Source: Candidatus Saccharimonadota bacterium
Lineage (GTDB): Bacteria > Pseudomonadota > Gammaproteobacteria > Enterobacterales > Enterobacteriaceae
DNA length: 32,000 nucleotides
Assembly: GCA_049942775.1 (NCBI GenBank)
Contig: CP188087.1
Location: forward strand, 360,001 to 392,000
Reading direction: 5' to 3'
The first letter of the stretch is position 1. Each line of letters begins with the position of its first letter. This document shows, piece by piece, positions 1-11,160 of the stretch. The notes beneath the pieces were generated by a model. That model saw only the letters and a program-made list of their open reading frames with translations. It did no database searches and was not told the origin of the DNA. The translations under genes and the position numbers were made by a program.

Positions 1-249
1 TAAAAAATTGTTTTTTTTTAAAAATTTCAAAACTAATAAAAAAAAAAGTAATTAAAATATTAGGTTGTTATTCTTCATCAAACATTTAAATTCAAAATAT
101 CAAAATTCTTTAATAATTTCACAATAATGTTTGTTTTTTTTAATAACATAATCTTTATGATAAAAAACTAATTCTATTAAAACGTATCTTTATTAACAAT
201 TTTCATTATTTTGAGATTTTAAACAAACAAAAAATTATTTGAGACAATC

Positions 250-1597
<1,348 letters not shown>

Positions 1598-1712
1598 TTA
1601 GTTTAATTGACAATTTTTCATAATTTTAAATTGTTAAATAAATTTAATTTATATATAAATGCAGTATTATAAACTATAATTAGTTTAATTAATTAGTTGA
1701 GAGGTAAAAATT

Positions 1713-1964
1713 TTGGTAAAAATTCGTTTAGCAAGACATGGTAATAAAAAAAAACCTTTTTATAAAATCGTAGTAGCAGATAGCCGTTTTTTTAGAAATG
1801 GAAGATTTATAGAAAAAATTGGATTTTTTAACCCCATTGAAAAAGAAAATTCTAAAAAACTATCTATTAATTTAGATAATTTAAAACAATGGATTAGTAA
1901 AGGAGCACAATTATCTCAAAAAATTAAGTTTTTAATAAAAAAACTAAAAGAAAAAAAAAGATAA
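1713..1964 (+). CDS. rpsP: 30S ribosomal protein S16
   Basis: MVKIRLARHGNKKKPFYKIVVADSR..RNGRFIEKIGFFNP matches S16. TTG start at 1713 is preceded by GAGAGG (1699..1704). Confidence 0.95.
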   Translation: MVKIRLARHGNKKKPFYKIVVADSRFFRNGRFIEKIGFFNPIEKENSKKLSINLDNLKQWISKGAQLSQKIKFLIKKLKEKKR

Positions 1965-1999
1965 AATTTATTTTTTTAATTATTAATTTTAAATAAATC

Positions 2000-2530
2000 A
2001 TGTTTAAAAAAAACAAATCTTTATTAAAAATAGGAAAAATAAAATCAGCATATGGAATATTAGGATGGATGAAAATACATTCTTTTACAGAAAACAAAAA
2101 AAACATTTTTAACTATCAACCTTGGTACATAGAAAAAAAATTTGATTTATTAAATTTAGAAACATGGAAAAAAAATAAAAAAAATTTTTTAATAAAAATT
2201 AAAGAAATAAATAATAGATCTGAAGCCGAAAAAATTGTCAACCAATATATTATGATTGAAGAAAAAGTATTACTACCATTTTCAAAAAAAAAAGAATACT
2301 ATTGGAAAGATATTATAAAATGTCAAGTATTTGATTTAAATTTAACTTTTTTAGGGATCGTCGTAAAAATAATAGAAACAGGAAATTATGATGTTTTAGT
2401 TGTAAATTCTCTTAAAGAGAATAACAATAAGAAAAAAACAGAAATTCTAATTCCATTTATTGAAAAAAAAATAATTAAAGATGTGAACATTCAAAAAAAA
2501 AAAATATTAGTTAACTGGAATTTATTTTAA
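2000..2530 (+). CDS. rimM: 16S rRNA processing protein RimM
   Basis: GKI.SAYGILGWMKIHSFTE....IFNYQPWY and YYWKDI..C.V match E. coli RimM. The position between rpsP and trmD is the canonical operon order. Confidence 0.9.
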   Translation: MFKKNKSLLKIGKIKSAYGILGWMKIHSFTENKKNIFNYQPWYIEKKFDLLNLETWKKNKKNFLIKIKEINNRSEAEKIVNQYIMIEEKVLLPFSKKKEYYWKDIIKCQVFDLNLTFLGIVVKIIETGNYDVLVVNSLKENNNKKKTEILIPFIEKKIIKDVNIQKKKILVNWNLF

Positions 2531-2559
2531 TTAACATATAAAAATAAAGAATTTAATTC

Positions 2560-3297
2560 ATGTGGATAAATATTATTAGCATTTTTCCAAAAATGTTTAA
2601 AAATTTCACACAATATGGAATTATTTCTAGAGCAATAAAAAAAAAAATAATAAAAATTGATGTATGGAATTTAAGAAACTTTTCAAAAAATCCTAGAAAA
2701 TCAATAGATGATAGACCTTATGGAGGTGGAGTAGGAATGGTAATGACGGCACCTCCTTTGTTAAAATCTATCAGACATGTTAAATCACTTATTAAAGGAA
2801 AAAAAAAAATAATATATTTGTCTCCTCAAGGAAAAATATTAAATCAACATGAAATCTTAAAATTATCCAAAATACCTAATTTTATTCTTGTATGTGGAAG
2901 ATATAAAGGAATCGACGAAAGAATAATAGAAATGGAAATTGAAGAAGAATATTCAATTGGTAATTATATAATTAGTGGTGGTGAATTGGCAGCAATGGTA
3001 TTCATTGACGCATTAACAAGAAGTTATCCAGGAGTTTTAGGAAAAAAAAAATCTTTCACAAAAGATTCTTTTTATGAAAATGTTCTAGATTATCCGAATT
3101 ATACTAGACCAAAAACAATAGAAAACAAAACTGTTCCAAAAGTTTTACTATCAGGAAATCATGAAAAAATAAAAAAATGGAGAAGGTTAAAATCTCTAAA
3201 AAAAACTTTAGAGAAATATCCTAATATTATAAAAAAAATTTCATTAACAAACGAAGAAAAAAAATATATCTATAATCTAAAAAAGACGACTAAATAA
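2560..3297 (+). CDS. trmD: tRNA (guanine37-N1)-methyltransferase TrmD
   Basis: MWINIISIFPKMF, DDRPYGGGVGMVM, YLSPQGK, LVCGRYKGIDERI and SIGNYIISGGELAAM are all colinear with E. coli TrmD. Confidence 0.95.
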   Translation: MWINIISIFPKMFKNFTQYGIISRAIKKKIIKIDVWNLRNFSKNPRKSIDDRPYGGGVGMVMTAPPLLKSIRHVKSLIKGKKKIIYLSPQGKILNQHEILKLSKIPNFILVCGRYKGIDERIIEMEIEEEYSIGNYIISGGELAAMVFIDALTRSYPGVLGKKKSFTKDSFYENVLDYPNYTRPKTIENKTVPKVLLSGNHEKIKKWRRLKSLKKTLEKYPNIIKKISLTNEEKKYIYNLKKTTK

Positions 3298-3335
3298 AAA
3301 ATACAAAAAAATATTTTTCATTTCGGAAAAATTAA

Positions 3336-3707
3336 ATGAATAAATTGATAACTTTGATAGAAAATCAACAAATAAAAAAATCCATACCTAGTTTTCGTAC
3401 TGGAGATAATCTAAAAATAGAAATTTGGGTAGTCGAAAGTAACAAAAAAAGACTTCAATCTTTTGAAGGAATTGTTATCTCAAAAAAAAATAGACAACTT
3501 AATTCTTCTTTCTGTGTTCGGAAAATTTCAAACGGAGAAGGTGTAGAACGTGTATTTCAAACTCATTCTCCTATTATAGAAAAAATTTCTATAATTAGAA
3601 AGGGTAATGTTAGAAAATCAAAATTGTATTATTTAAGAAATAGAACTGGAAAATCAGCAAAAGTAAAAGAAAAAAATTACGAACAAAATAAAAATTTAAA
3701 TAAATAA
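3336..3707 (+). CDS. rplS: 50S ribosomal protein L19
   Basis: [29 protein letters not shown] and [19 protein letters not shown] match L19. Confidence 0.95.
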   Translation: MNKLITLIENQQIKKSIPSFRTGDNLKIEIWVVESNKKRLQSFEGIVISKKNRQLNSSFCVRKISNGEGVERVFQTHSPIIEKISIIRKGNVRKSKLYYLRNRTGKSAKVKEKNYEQNKNLNK

Positions 3708-3714
3708 TATACTC

Positions 3715-3746
3715 TTGCAGTCTAGTATTCTAATTTTAGACTGCAA
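3715..3746. terminator. Hairpin between convergent rplS and tldD (10-bp perfect stem ttgcagtcta/tagactgcaa, 12-nt loop)
   Basis: The inverted repeat was read directly. It is one of the few G/C-containing intergenic elements. There is no clean T-run, so its function as a terminator is inferred from position. Confidence 0.6.
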
Positions 3747-3788
3747 CAATATGTATATAATTGTGCTTTTATCAATTTTAAAAAAATT

Positions 3789-5246
3789 TTAAACTTTTTT
3801 TGTTCCACCTACAGTTAATTTTTCTATTTTTATAGTAGGCAAACCTACCCCAACAGGAATACCTTGTCCATCCTTAAAACAAACCCCGATTCCTAAATCC
3901 ATGTTTAAATCATTTCCTATCATTGATATTGATTTCATTACATTTATTCCAGATCCAATTAGAGTAGCATTTTTTACAGGATAAACAATTCGACCTTTTT
4001 TAATTAAATATGCTTCTGAAGTTGAAAATACAAAATTCCCAGAAGTAATATCTACTTGACCTCCAGAAAAATTTGTTGCATATAAACCATAGTCAACACT
4101 ATTAATTATATCTCCAGGATTAGAGTTTCCAGGTAACATATAGGTATTTGTCATTCTAGGAATAGGTAAAAAGGCGTAGGACTCTCTTCTCGCGTTTCCA
4201 GTAGAAGAACTATTCATCAAACTAGCATTGAATTTATCTAATAAATATCCAACTAAAACTCCATTCTTTATTAAAACATTACGTTGAGTAAGTGTTCCTT
4301 CATCATCTATAGTTAATGAACCTCTCCTATTTCTAATTGTTCCATCATCAATCACAGTACATAATGGAGAAGAAACCATCTCTCCTAATTTTCCAGTAAA
4401 AACAGAAGTTTTTCTTCTATTAAAGTCCCCCTCAAGACCATGTCCCACCGCTTCATGCAAAAGTACTCCAGGCCAACCACTTCCTAAAACTACTGGAAGA
4501 GTGCCTGATGGAGCCTCTTTTGCATTTAAATTAACCAATGCTATTCGAACTGATTCAGATACAAAATATTCTAAATTAGAACATCCAAAATTGTTCTTTT
4601 TTAAAAAAAAACTATAATCGTATCGTCCTCCTCCACCACTCATACCAATTTCTTTTTTTCCGTTTTTTTCAACTAAAGTATGTATAAAAAATCTAACTAG
4701 AGGTCGTATATCTGCTTTCAGTACACCATCAGTAGATGCTACAAGTACGTATTCATAAGAACCAGATAAGCTGACAAACACTTTAACTACATTTTTACTA
4801 ATTTTTTTTGCAATTTTACTAACATTCTTTAAAATATTTATTTTTTCTTCATTTCTATAATATTTTAAAGGATTGTTTTTTGTGTATATACTGTTTATTA
4901 CAGATTTTCTAAAAAAAAATTTATTTTTTTTAATTCCTTTCCCTAGAAAAATATTATTTACTATATTAATTTGATCTTCTATAGATTTCCTGTTTATTTC
5001 ATTAGAACAAGAAAAACCTATTGTTTCTTTATTTATTGATCTTATTCCAACACCTTGATCTAAATCATATTTTACTTCTTTTATTTTATCATTTTCCAAA
5101 AACCAATTTTCATAATATTTAGTTTGGAAATACAAATCAGAATAATCAGATCCATGATTAGCAAGATTGCTTAAAAAAGATAATAAATTTTCAGTTTTTA
5201 TTCCATTCTCTTCTAATAATTGATTTTTTACTAAATCTAATATCAT
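3789..5246 (-). CDS. tldD: Metalloprotease TldD
   Basis: DYSDLYFQ, DQGVGIRS and HEAVGHGLEGDFNRR match TldD. Length is 485 aa versus about 481 aa in E. coli. Confidence 0.93.
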   Translation of the reverse strand: MILDLVKNQLLEENGIKTENLLSFLSNLANHGSDYSDLYFQTKYYENWFLENDKIKEVKYDLDQGVGIRSINKETIGFSCSNEINRKSIEDQINIVNNIFLGKGIKKNKFFFRKSVINSIYTKNNPLKYYRNEEKINILKNVSKIAKKISKNVVKVFVSLSGSYEYVLVASTDGVLKADIRPLVRFFIHTLVEKNGKKEIGMSGGGGRYDYSFFLKKNNFGCSNLEYFVSESVRIALVNLNAKEAPSGTLPVVLGSGWPGVLLHEAVGHGLEGDFNRRKTSVFTGKLGEMVSSPLCTVIDDGTIRNRRGSLTIDDEGTLTQRNVLIKNGVLVGYLLDKFNASLMNSSSTGNARRESYAFLPIPRMTNTYMLPGNSNPGDIINSVDYGLYATNFSGGQVDITSGNFVFSTSEAYLIKKGRIVYPVKNATLIGSGINVMKSISMIGNDLNMDLGIGVCFKDGQGIPVGVGLPTIKIEKLTVGGTKKV

Positions 5247-5481
5247 TAAAAACTCACTTTAAGTTATTTTTTTATATAATTTTTTGTAAAAAATTGTAAT
5301 AAATTGATTTCTTTAAAAAAATCAAATAAAATATTTAAAATATTTTATTTAAAATTTAATTTTTATTAATTTTAAATTATTTTATAAATCTATATTCATG
5401 AAAACTTTATAATATATTAAAAAAATATTTTTTTTAAAAAAATGTTAACATTTTTTTATAAAAACTGGAAAACTCAAAGTT

Positions 5482-5934
5482 ATGAAAAATATGTTCAATA
5501 TTCTAATATTAAATGGACCTAATTTAAATTTATTGGGAACTAGGGAAACTAATATCTACGGAAAAACTACTTTAAAAGAACTAACAGTTCTACTAAATGA
5601 AGAAGCAAAAAAATTAAATATAAAACTTTCCCATTTTCAGTCTAATTCTGAACACGAAATAATTAACAAAATACATATTTCTAAAAATAACATCCAATAT
5701 ATAATAATAAATCCAGCTGCATTTACTCATACTAGTTTAGCTATAAGAGATAGTTTATTAGCTATAAATATTCCTTTTATTGAAGTACATATTTCTAATA
5801 TATATTCTAGAGAAAGCTTTAGAACACATTCCTGGTTTTCTGATATTTCTAATGGTACGATTAGTGGACTAGGATTAGAAGGTTATATTTGGGCAATTAA
5901 AACAGCTGCAATTAGATTAAAAAATAAAAAATAA
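5482..5934 (+). CDS. aroQ: 3-dehydroquinate dehydratase, type II
   Basis: ILILNGPNLNLLGTRE..IYG, INPAAFTHTS.AIRD and the ~150 aa size are typical of type II dehydroquinase. The start could be Met1 or Met4. Confidence 0.9.
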   Translation: MKNMFNILILNGPNLNLLGTRETNIYGKTTLKELTVLLNEEAKKLNIKLSHFQSNSEHEIINKIHISKNNIQYIIINPAAFTHTSLAIRDSLLAINIPFIEVHISNIYSRESFRTHSWFSDISNGTISGLGLEGYIWAIKTAAIRLKNKK

Positions 5935-5961
5935 AATTAGTTCATTATTTTCAACAATTAA

Positions 5962-6930
5962 TTAACATTTTTTTAAAGAAACTAAAATCTCCTGCATATC
6001 TACAGGTATTCTTGATTTCCAAGACATATTTATTTTTTTTGTTGGATGCATAAAAGATAATTTATTTGCGTGCAAAGCTTGTCTTGGAAATTTTAAAAGT
6101 TTTTTTTTTAATTTATCAGTCAATTTTAAAAAAAAATTGTTTTTATTGTTTTTATAAATTGGATCTCCTACAATACCATGGTTAATATGTAACATATGTA
6201 CTCTAATTTGATGTGTTCTACCAGTTTCTAAAAAAATTTTTAAATAAGTATGTGATTTAAATCGTTCTATAATACGATAATGTGTAATAGATTTTTTTCC
6301 TCTAGAATGAATAATCATTTTCATTCTGTTTTTTAGATGTCTTCTAATTGGTTCATTTATTAAACCTCCTGTAAGAACATTACCATGTACTATTGCTCTA
6401 TACTCTCTTTTTATTTTTTTATTTTTAATTAATTTTGTTAAAATTTTATATGAAAAAAAATTTCTAGCTATAACCATTAACCCTGTGGTATTTTTATCTA
6501 AACGGTGTACAATTCCACATCTAGGTACAATACCTATGTTCTTATCATAAAACATTAAAGCATTTAACAAAGTTCCTTTATTATTACCAGGATAAGGATG
6601 TACTACCAAATTAGAAGATTTATCAATAACTAAAATATCTTCATCTTGATAAATAATATTTATTTTTATATTTTCTGACTGTGGTTGAATATTTTTAATT
6701 TTTTCAGGAAAAATAAAAATTTTTTCTCCTCCAAACAACCTTTGAGACGGTTTGTACACAATCTTATTATTAACAATTACTTTACCATCTAATATTAATT
6801 TTTTTAAAATAGAACGAGAATATGAGTTAAATAAATGTACTAAAATGTGATCTAATCGTTCTTTAACAATTGATGTCTTAGGAACAATAGCTTTTAATTT
6901 TAGCTTCTTCTCAACCAAATTTTGTTTCAA
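5962..6930 (-). CDS. rluD: 23S rRNA pseudouridine synthase RluD
   Basis: S4-like N-terminus (RLD..L), catalytic HRLDKNTTGLMV, ETGRTHQIRVHM and RQALHA are colinear with E. coli RluD (326 aa). Confidence 0.9.
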   Translation of the reverse strand: MKQNLVEKKLKLKAIVPKTSIVKERLDHILVHLFNSYSRSILKKLILDGKVIVNNKIVYKPSQRLFGGEKIFIFPEKIKNIQPQSENIKINIIYQDEDILVIDKSSNLVVHPYPGNNKGTLLNALMFYDKNIGIVPRCGIVHRLDKNTTGLMVIARNFFSYKILTKLIKNKKIKREYRAIVHGNVLTGGLINEPIRRHLKNRMKMIIHSRGKKSITHYRIIERFKSHTYLKIFLETGRTHQIRVHMLHINHGIVGDPIYKNNKNNFFLKLTDKLKKKLLKFPRQALHANKLSFMHPTKKINMSWKSRIPVDMQEILVSLKKC

Positions 6931-6947
6931 TAAAGTTATCCTTGTTT

Positions 6948-6973
6948 AAAAAAAAAAAAAAAAAAAAAAAAAA
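6948..6973. repeat. Poly(A)/poly(T) homopolymer, 26 nt, in the divergent rluD/bamD spacer
   Basis: Counted directly: A at 6948..6973, between the rluD start (6930) and the bamD start (7038). Confidence 0.9.
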
Positions 6974-7037
6974 CAAACCTTTTTTATTTGTATAATAAAA
7001 ATATTAATTTTTCAAATTAAATATATTATTTCAAATA

Positions 7038-7766
7038 ATGAAAAAAAAAACTATATTTTTAATATTAATTATATATTCAACAAATATTTTTGCTAGCGTT
7101 AACATGAATAAAAACTTTTTTTTAGAAGAAAAAAAAATTAATTTTTCTAATATTAGAAATCAATTAAAAGAAAAAAAAACAAGTGAAATAATAAAAAATT
7201 TAAAAAAACTAGAACAAAAACCACTAAAAAAAAAAACAATTGAAAAAATTAGAATGTACATAATTTATCTACATGTAATTAATAAAAATTTTTTTTTAGC
7301 GCTACAAGAAATTCATAAATTTAAAAAAATATACCCACATAATTCTAATATGGATTATGTTCTTTATCTAGAAGCTATATTACACATGTCTCTTGATCAA
7401 AATTTTTTATTTGGTCTTTTTAAAATAAATAATTGTGAAAATGATCCTATTCATAGTATTCAAGCACTGATGATCTTTTTAAAATTAATATCTATTTATC
7501 CTAATAGTCCATATTCTAAAATAGCTAAAAAACAACTTTTTTATATAAAAAACAGATTAGCTGAACATGATTTCAGTATTCTAGAATTTTATTACAAAAA
7601 AAGAGTATATCCAGTAGTAATCGATAGAGGTAAAGATATAATAAAAAATTATTTAGATACTATATACGCAAAAAAAACACTGTTTTTAATGAAAAGTTCT
7701 TATTATGAAACTAATCAAATTTCTAAAGTTAAAGAGATTGAAAAAATTATTTCTTACAATAGTTAA
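7038..7766 (+). CDS. bamD: Outer-membrane assembly factor BamD (YfiO)
   Basis: YPHNSNMDYVLY and YPNSPYSKIAKKQLFYIKNRLAEHDFSILEFYY match E. coli BamD ([44 protein letters not shown]). The N-terminus is hydrophobic and signal-like. Confidence 0.85.
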   Translation: MKKKTIFLILIIYSTNIFASVNMNKNFFLEEKKINFSNIRNQLKEKKTSEIIKNLKKLEQKPLKKKTIEKIRMYIIYLHVINKNFFLALQEIHKFKKIYPHNSNMDYVLYLEAILHMSLDQNFLFGLFKINNCENDPIHSIQALMIFLKLISIYPNSPYSKIAKKQLFYIKNRLAEHDFSILEFYYKKRVYPVVIDRGKDIIKNYLDTIYAKKTLFLMKSSYYETNQISKVKEIEKIISYNS

Positions 7767-7950
7767 TTATTAATGTATAGTTTAAAATTTAATTAATAAT
7801 TAAAAATGATTTAATTTTTAATTAAATTCAATAATTTTTTTAATAAATAAACAATCTTTTTTATTAAAACTAAAAATAATATTTTTTTTCATAAAAAAAA
7901 TATTATTTTGTTTTCTTTTCAAAATTTAAATAATTTATATTTAAAAAAAA

Positions 7951-10590
7951 ATGCATAAAAAATCTAATGAAATACGTCAAATGTTCCTTAATTATTTTAA
8001 AAAAAGAGGACATAAAATAATTAAAGGAAGTCCTTTAATACCAAAAAATGATTCAAGCCTATTATTTACCAATGCAGGAATGAATCAATTTAAAGATATT
8101 TTTTTAGGAAAAAAAAAAATTGATCATGATCCGTTAGTAACAGTACAAAGGTGTCTTAGAACTGGAGGTAAAAAAAACGATCTAGAAAATGTAGGATATA
8201 GTGATAGACATCATACTTTATTTGAGATGTTGGGAAATTTTAGTTTTGGAAAATACTTTAAAAAAGAAGCAATTGAATATGCTTGGGAACTATTAACTTC
8301 CTCTACTTGGTACGGAATAAACAAAGATAGATTATGGGTAACAATACATGAAAATGATGAAGAAACTTATAACATTTGGTTAAATAATATTGGTTTAAAA
8401 AAAAATAAAATCATACGAATTAAAAACAAAAAAAAATCAAAATTTTCTTCCGATAATTTTTGGAAAATGGGAGAAGATGGACCATGTGGTCCTTCTACTG
8501 AAATTTTCTTTAATCAAAAAAAAAATTACTTAGAAGACATTGATCTTAATTCAAAACATGATTTATTAAATCAAATCGAAATTTGGAATATCGTTTTTAT
8601 AGAATATAACAAACAAAATAATGGAAACATAGTTCCATTATCTAATCCATCTGTAGATACAGGAATGGGTTTAGAACGAATTACTAGAATTCTACAAGGA
8701 AAAAAAAATAATTATGATACAGACATTTTTCAATTTTTAAAAAAATCCATTAAAAAATTTAATACAGGAATAAATTTAAACGATTATAAAATATTAAATG
8801 TAATATCAGACCATATCAGATCTGCTGTATTTCTTATATTTGAAAACATAATTCCAGAGAATGAAGGAAGAGGTTATGTATTAAGAAGAATTATAAGAAG
8901 AGCTTTAAGATATTCTCATATTGCTGGTTTAAAAAAGATGTTTTTTTTTAAATTAGTTTCAGTTGTAATTGATTCTCTGAATGAAGAAAAAGAAATTTTT
9001 AAAAAAAAAGAAAATACAATCATAGAAATAATAAAAAATGAAGAAATTCAATTTAACAAAACTATAGTAAAAGGAATAAAATTATTAGAAACTAGTATTA
9101 ATTCTAATACAAAAATATTATCTGGAAAAATTGCATTTAAACTATATGATACATTTGGATTTCCTATTGATTTAACAAAAGACTTTTGCAAAGAAAAAAA
9201 CATAGAACTAGATTTTTCTACTTTTGAAAAAAAAATGAAAAAACAAAAATCTATGTCTTTTAAATCACAAAAATTCAAAAAGAAATATTTAGAAAATGTT
9301 AATATTGAACTGAACACTTCATTTGAAGGATATAACGAAACTAGTATTAACGCAACAGTAAAGAAAATTATTGTAAATGGAAAGTTTACAAATTCAATTA
9401 AAAATGGAGAACAAGGAATTATATTTTTAAATAAAACTACGTTTTTCCCAGAATCTTCTGGACAAATAGGTGATATTGGAAAATTAGAATCTAAAAATTC
9501 TTTTCAATCAATATTTATTGTCAAAGATACAAAAAAGTATAATAATTCCATAGCTCATATTGGAAAATTAATTTCTGGAATTATAAAAATAGAACAAAAA
9601 ATATTTACTAAAATTGATATTAAAAATAGAAATTTAATACAAAATAATCATACTTCCACACATTTATTAAATTCAGTAATTAGAAAAATAATGGGAGAAA
9701 ATATATTTCAAAAAGGATCTTCAATAAATGCAAAACGTTTGAGATTCGATTTTTTATTTAAAGAAAAAAATTTTAAAAATTACATTCGATATAATATCGA
9801 AAAAAAAATGAATTCCATTATTAATAAAAACATAAAAATAAATACTAATTTTGAAACACTAGAAAACGCAAAAAAAAATGGTGCTGTATATTTATTCGAA
9901 AAAAAATATAAAAAAATAGTACGAGTTGTATCAATAAAAAATATTTCTGTAGAACTATGTAATGGAACACATGTAAAATATACAGGAGATATTGGTTTTT
10001 TTAAAATTATTTCCGAAAAAAAAATTGGATCTAATATAATTAGAATCGAGGCAAAAACTGGTATACAAGCATTAAAATACATACATGATCAAGAAAAACA
10101 ATTAAGCAAAATTTCAAAAATTCTAAATTCTAGTAAATTAGATATTTATAATAAAGTTGAGCAATTAATTAAAACAATCAAAAATCAAAAAAAAGAAATA
10201 AAAAAAATAAAAATAAAAGAAATAATTTTACTAACCAATAAAATCAAAAAAAAATCAAAAAAAATAAAAAACATAAATCTTTTAATAACAACAATTAACA
10301 ATTGTACTCCAAATTTTTTACGAATATTACTAAAAAAAACACAAAACATACTGAAAAATTCAATTATAATTTTGTTTACCAACAATGTAGAAAAATCTAA
10401 TTTTATAATTGGAATTAGTAAAAAAATAACTAACAAGATTACTGCTATCGAAATAATAAAACGTATAAAATTTTATATTAAAATAAAAGGAGGAGGAAAA
10501 GAAAAATTAGCAGAGGGTGGTGGAGAGAAAATTGAAAAAAAAGTTGAAAAACAAATTTTATCTGAAATCCAAAAATGGATTCTTAACTAA
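7951..10590 (+). CDS. alaS: Alanine--tRNA ligase
   Basis: FTNAGMNQFKD, VDTGMGLERI, editing-site HTSTHLL and CNGTHV, and a C-terminal GGG motif. Length is 879 aa versus 876 aa in E. coli. Confidence 0.96.
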   Translation: MHKKSNEIRQMFLNYFKKRGHKIIKGSPLIPKNDSSLLFTNAGMNQFKDIFLGKKKIDHDPLVTVQRCLRTGGKKNDLENVGYSDRHHTLFEMLGNFSFGKYFKKEAIEYAWELLTSSTWYGINKDRLWVTIHENDEETYNIWLNNIGLKKNKIIRIKNKKKSKFSSDNFWKMGEDGPCGPSTEIFFNQKKNYLEDIDLNSKHDLLNQIEIWNIVFIEYNKQNNGNIVPLSNPSVDTGMGLERITRILQGKKNNYDTDIFQFLKKSIKKFNTGINLNDYKILNVISDHIRSAVFLIFENIIPENEGRGYVLRRIIRRALRYSHIAGLKKMFFFKLVSVVIDSLNEEKEIFKKKENTIIEIIKNEEIQFNKTIVKGIKLLETSINSNTKILSGKIAFKLYDTFGFPIDLTKDFCKEKNIELDFSTFEKKMKKQKSMSFKSQKFKKKYLENVNIELNTSFEGYNETSINATVKKIIVNGKFTNSIKNGEQGIIFLNKTTFFPESSGQIGDIGKLESKNSFQSIFIVKDTKKYNNSIAHIGKLISGIIKIEQKIFTKIDIKNRNLIQNNHTSTHLLNSVIRKIMGENIFQKGSSINAKRLRFDFLFKEKNFKNYIRYNIEKKMNSIINKNIKINTNFETLENAKKNGAVYLFEKKYKKIVRVVSIKNISVELCNGTHVKYTGDIGFFKIISEKKIGSNIIRIEAKTGIQALKYIHDQEKQLSKISKILNSSKLDIYNKVEQLIKTIKNQKKEIKKIKIKEIILLTNKIKKKSKKIKNINLLITTINNCTPNFLRILLKKTQNILKNSIIILFTNNVEKSNFIIGISKKITNKITAIEIIKRIKFYIKIKGGGKEKLAEGGGEKIEKKVEKQILSEIQKWILN

Positions 10591-10692
10591 CTTAAAATTT
10601 GATTTATCAAAATATTAACAAATAATTGATTTAAACAAATTAAATGTAATTTTTTTAAATAAATTCTACAATTATACAAGGAGTATAATAGA

Positions 10693-10878
10693 ATGTTGAT
10701 TCTAACTCGAAGAGTTGGAGAAACGCTTGTAATCGGAGACGAAATTACTGTAACTGTGCTTGGAGTAAAAGGAAATCAAGTTAGATTAGGTATTAATGCA
10801 CCAAAAGAAATTTCAGTTCATCGAGAAGAAATATATCAACGAATCCAAGCTGAAAAAAAATCCAAAATAAAAAAATAA
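10693..10878 (+). CDS. csrA: Carbon storage regulator CsrA
   Basis: [55 protein letters not shown] is near-identical to E. coli CsrA. A strong SD, AAGGAG, lies at 10678..10683. Confidence 0.97.
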   Translation: MLILTRRVGETLVIGDEITVTVLGVKGNQVRLGINAPKEISVHREEIYQRIQAEKKSKIKK

Positions 10879-10893
10879 AAAATCTCATAAAAA

Positions 10894-10925
10894 CTACGTC
10901 TTGCTGTTGTTAATGTAAGACGTAG
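10894..10925 (+). terminator. Hairpin 16 nt downstream of the csrA stop (9-bp stem ctacgtctt/aagacgtag, 14-nt loop)
   Basis: The inverted repeat was read directly. No T-run follows, so it could be a terminator or a 3' stabilising stem. Confidence 0.5.
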
Positions 10926-11160
10926 AAATAAAATATCTAAAAATCTTTATATAAAAAAAATAGCAATAAACATATATATAAAATATATAAAATATTAAAA
11001 ACATTTAAAAAAAACATAGATATAAACAAAAATAATTTTTATTTTATATATTTTTATATAAATGTAAATAATTTACATTATTTATAATTTTTAAAATTAA
11101 ATAACTATTTTTATCAAATAATTGATTTTTTGTAAAAATAAAAGTAAAATTAAAAAACAT

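Noticed and set aside
1-249. A possible gene or RNA in the first 249 nt, upstream of ffh
   Set aside because: Only very short ORFs occur on either strand, and there is no G/C-enriched, structured segment of the kind that marks the tRNAs. I treat it as intergenic or promoter sequence.
1607-1612. A perfect TTGACA -35 hexamer upstream of rpsP, a TATAAT at 1675..1680, and similar sigma-70-like hexamers elsewhere (for example ttgaaa-17-taaata near 16153)
   Set aside because: I could not pair any -35 with a good -10 at 16-18 bp spacing. In sequence that is about 80% A+T, -10-like hexamers are everywhere, so promoter calls would not be meaningful without start-site data.
2561-2569. A perfect DnaA-box 9-mer (tgtggataa, the complement of TTATCCACA)
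   Set aside because: It is a single isolated box coinciding with the conserved Met-Trp-Ile start of trmD. There is no cluster of boxes and no origin context such as gidA, mioC or dnaA.
11061-11079. Short palindromes aatgtaaat-a-atttacatt (11061..11079) and aatttaattaaatt (19411..19424)
   Set aside because: They are short and almost entirely A/T, as expected by chance in these spacers, and there is no supporting context.
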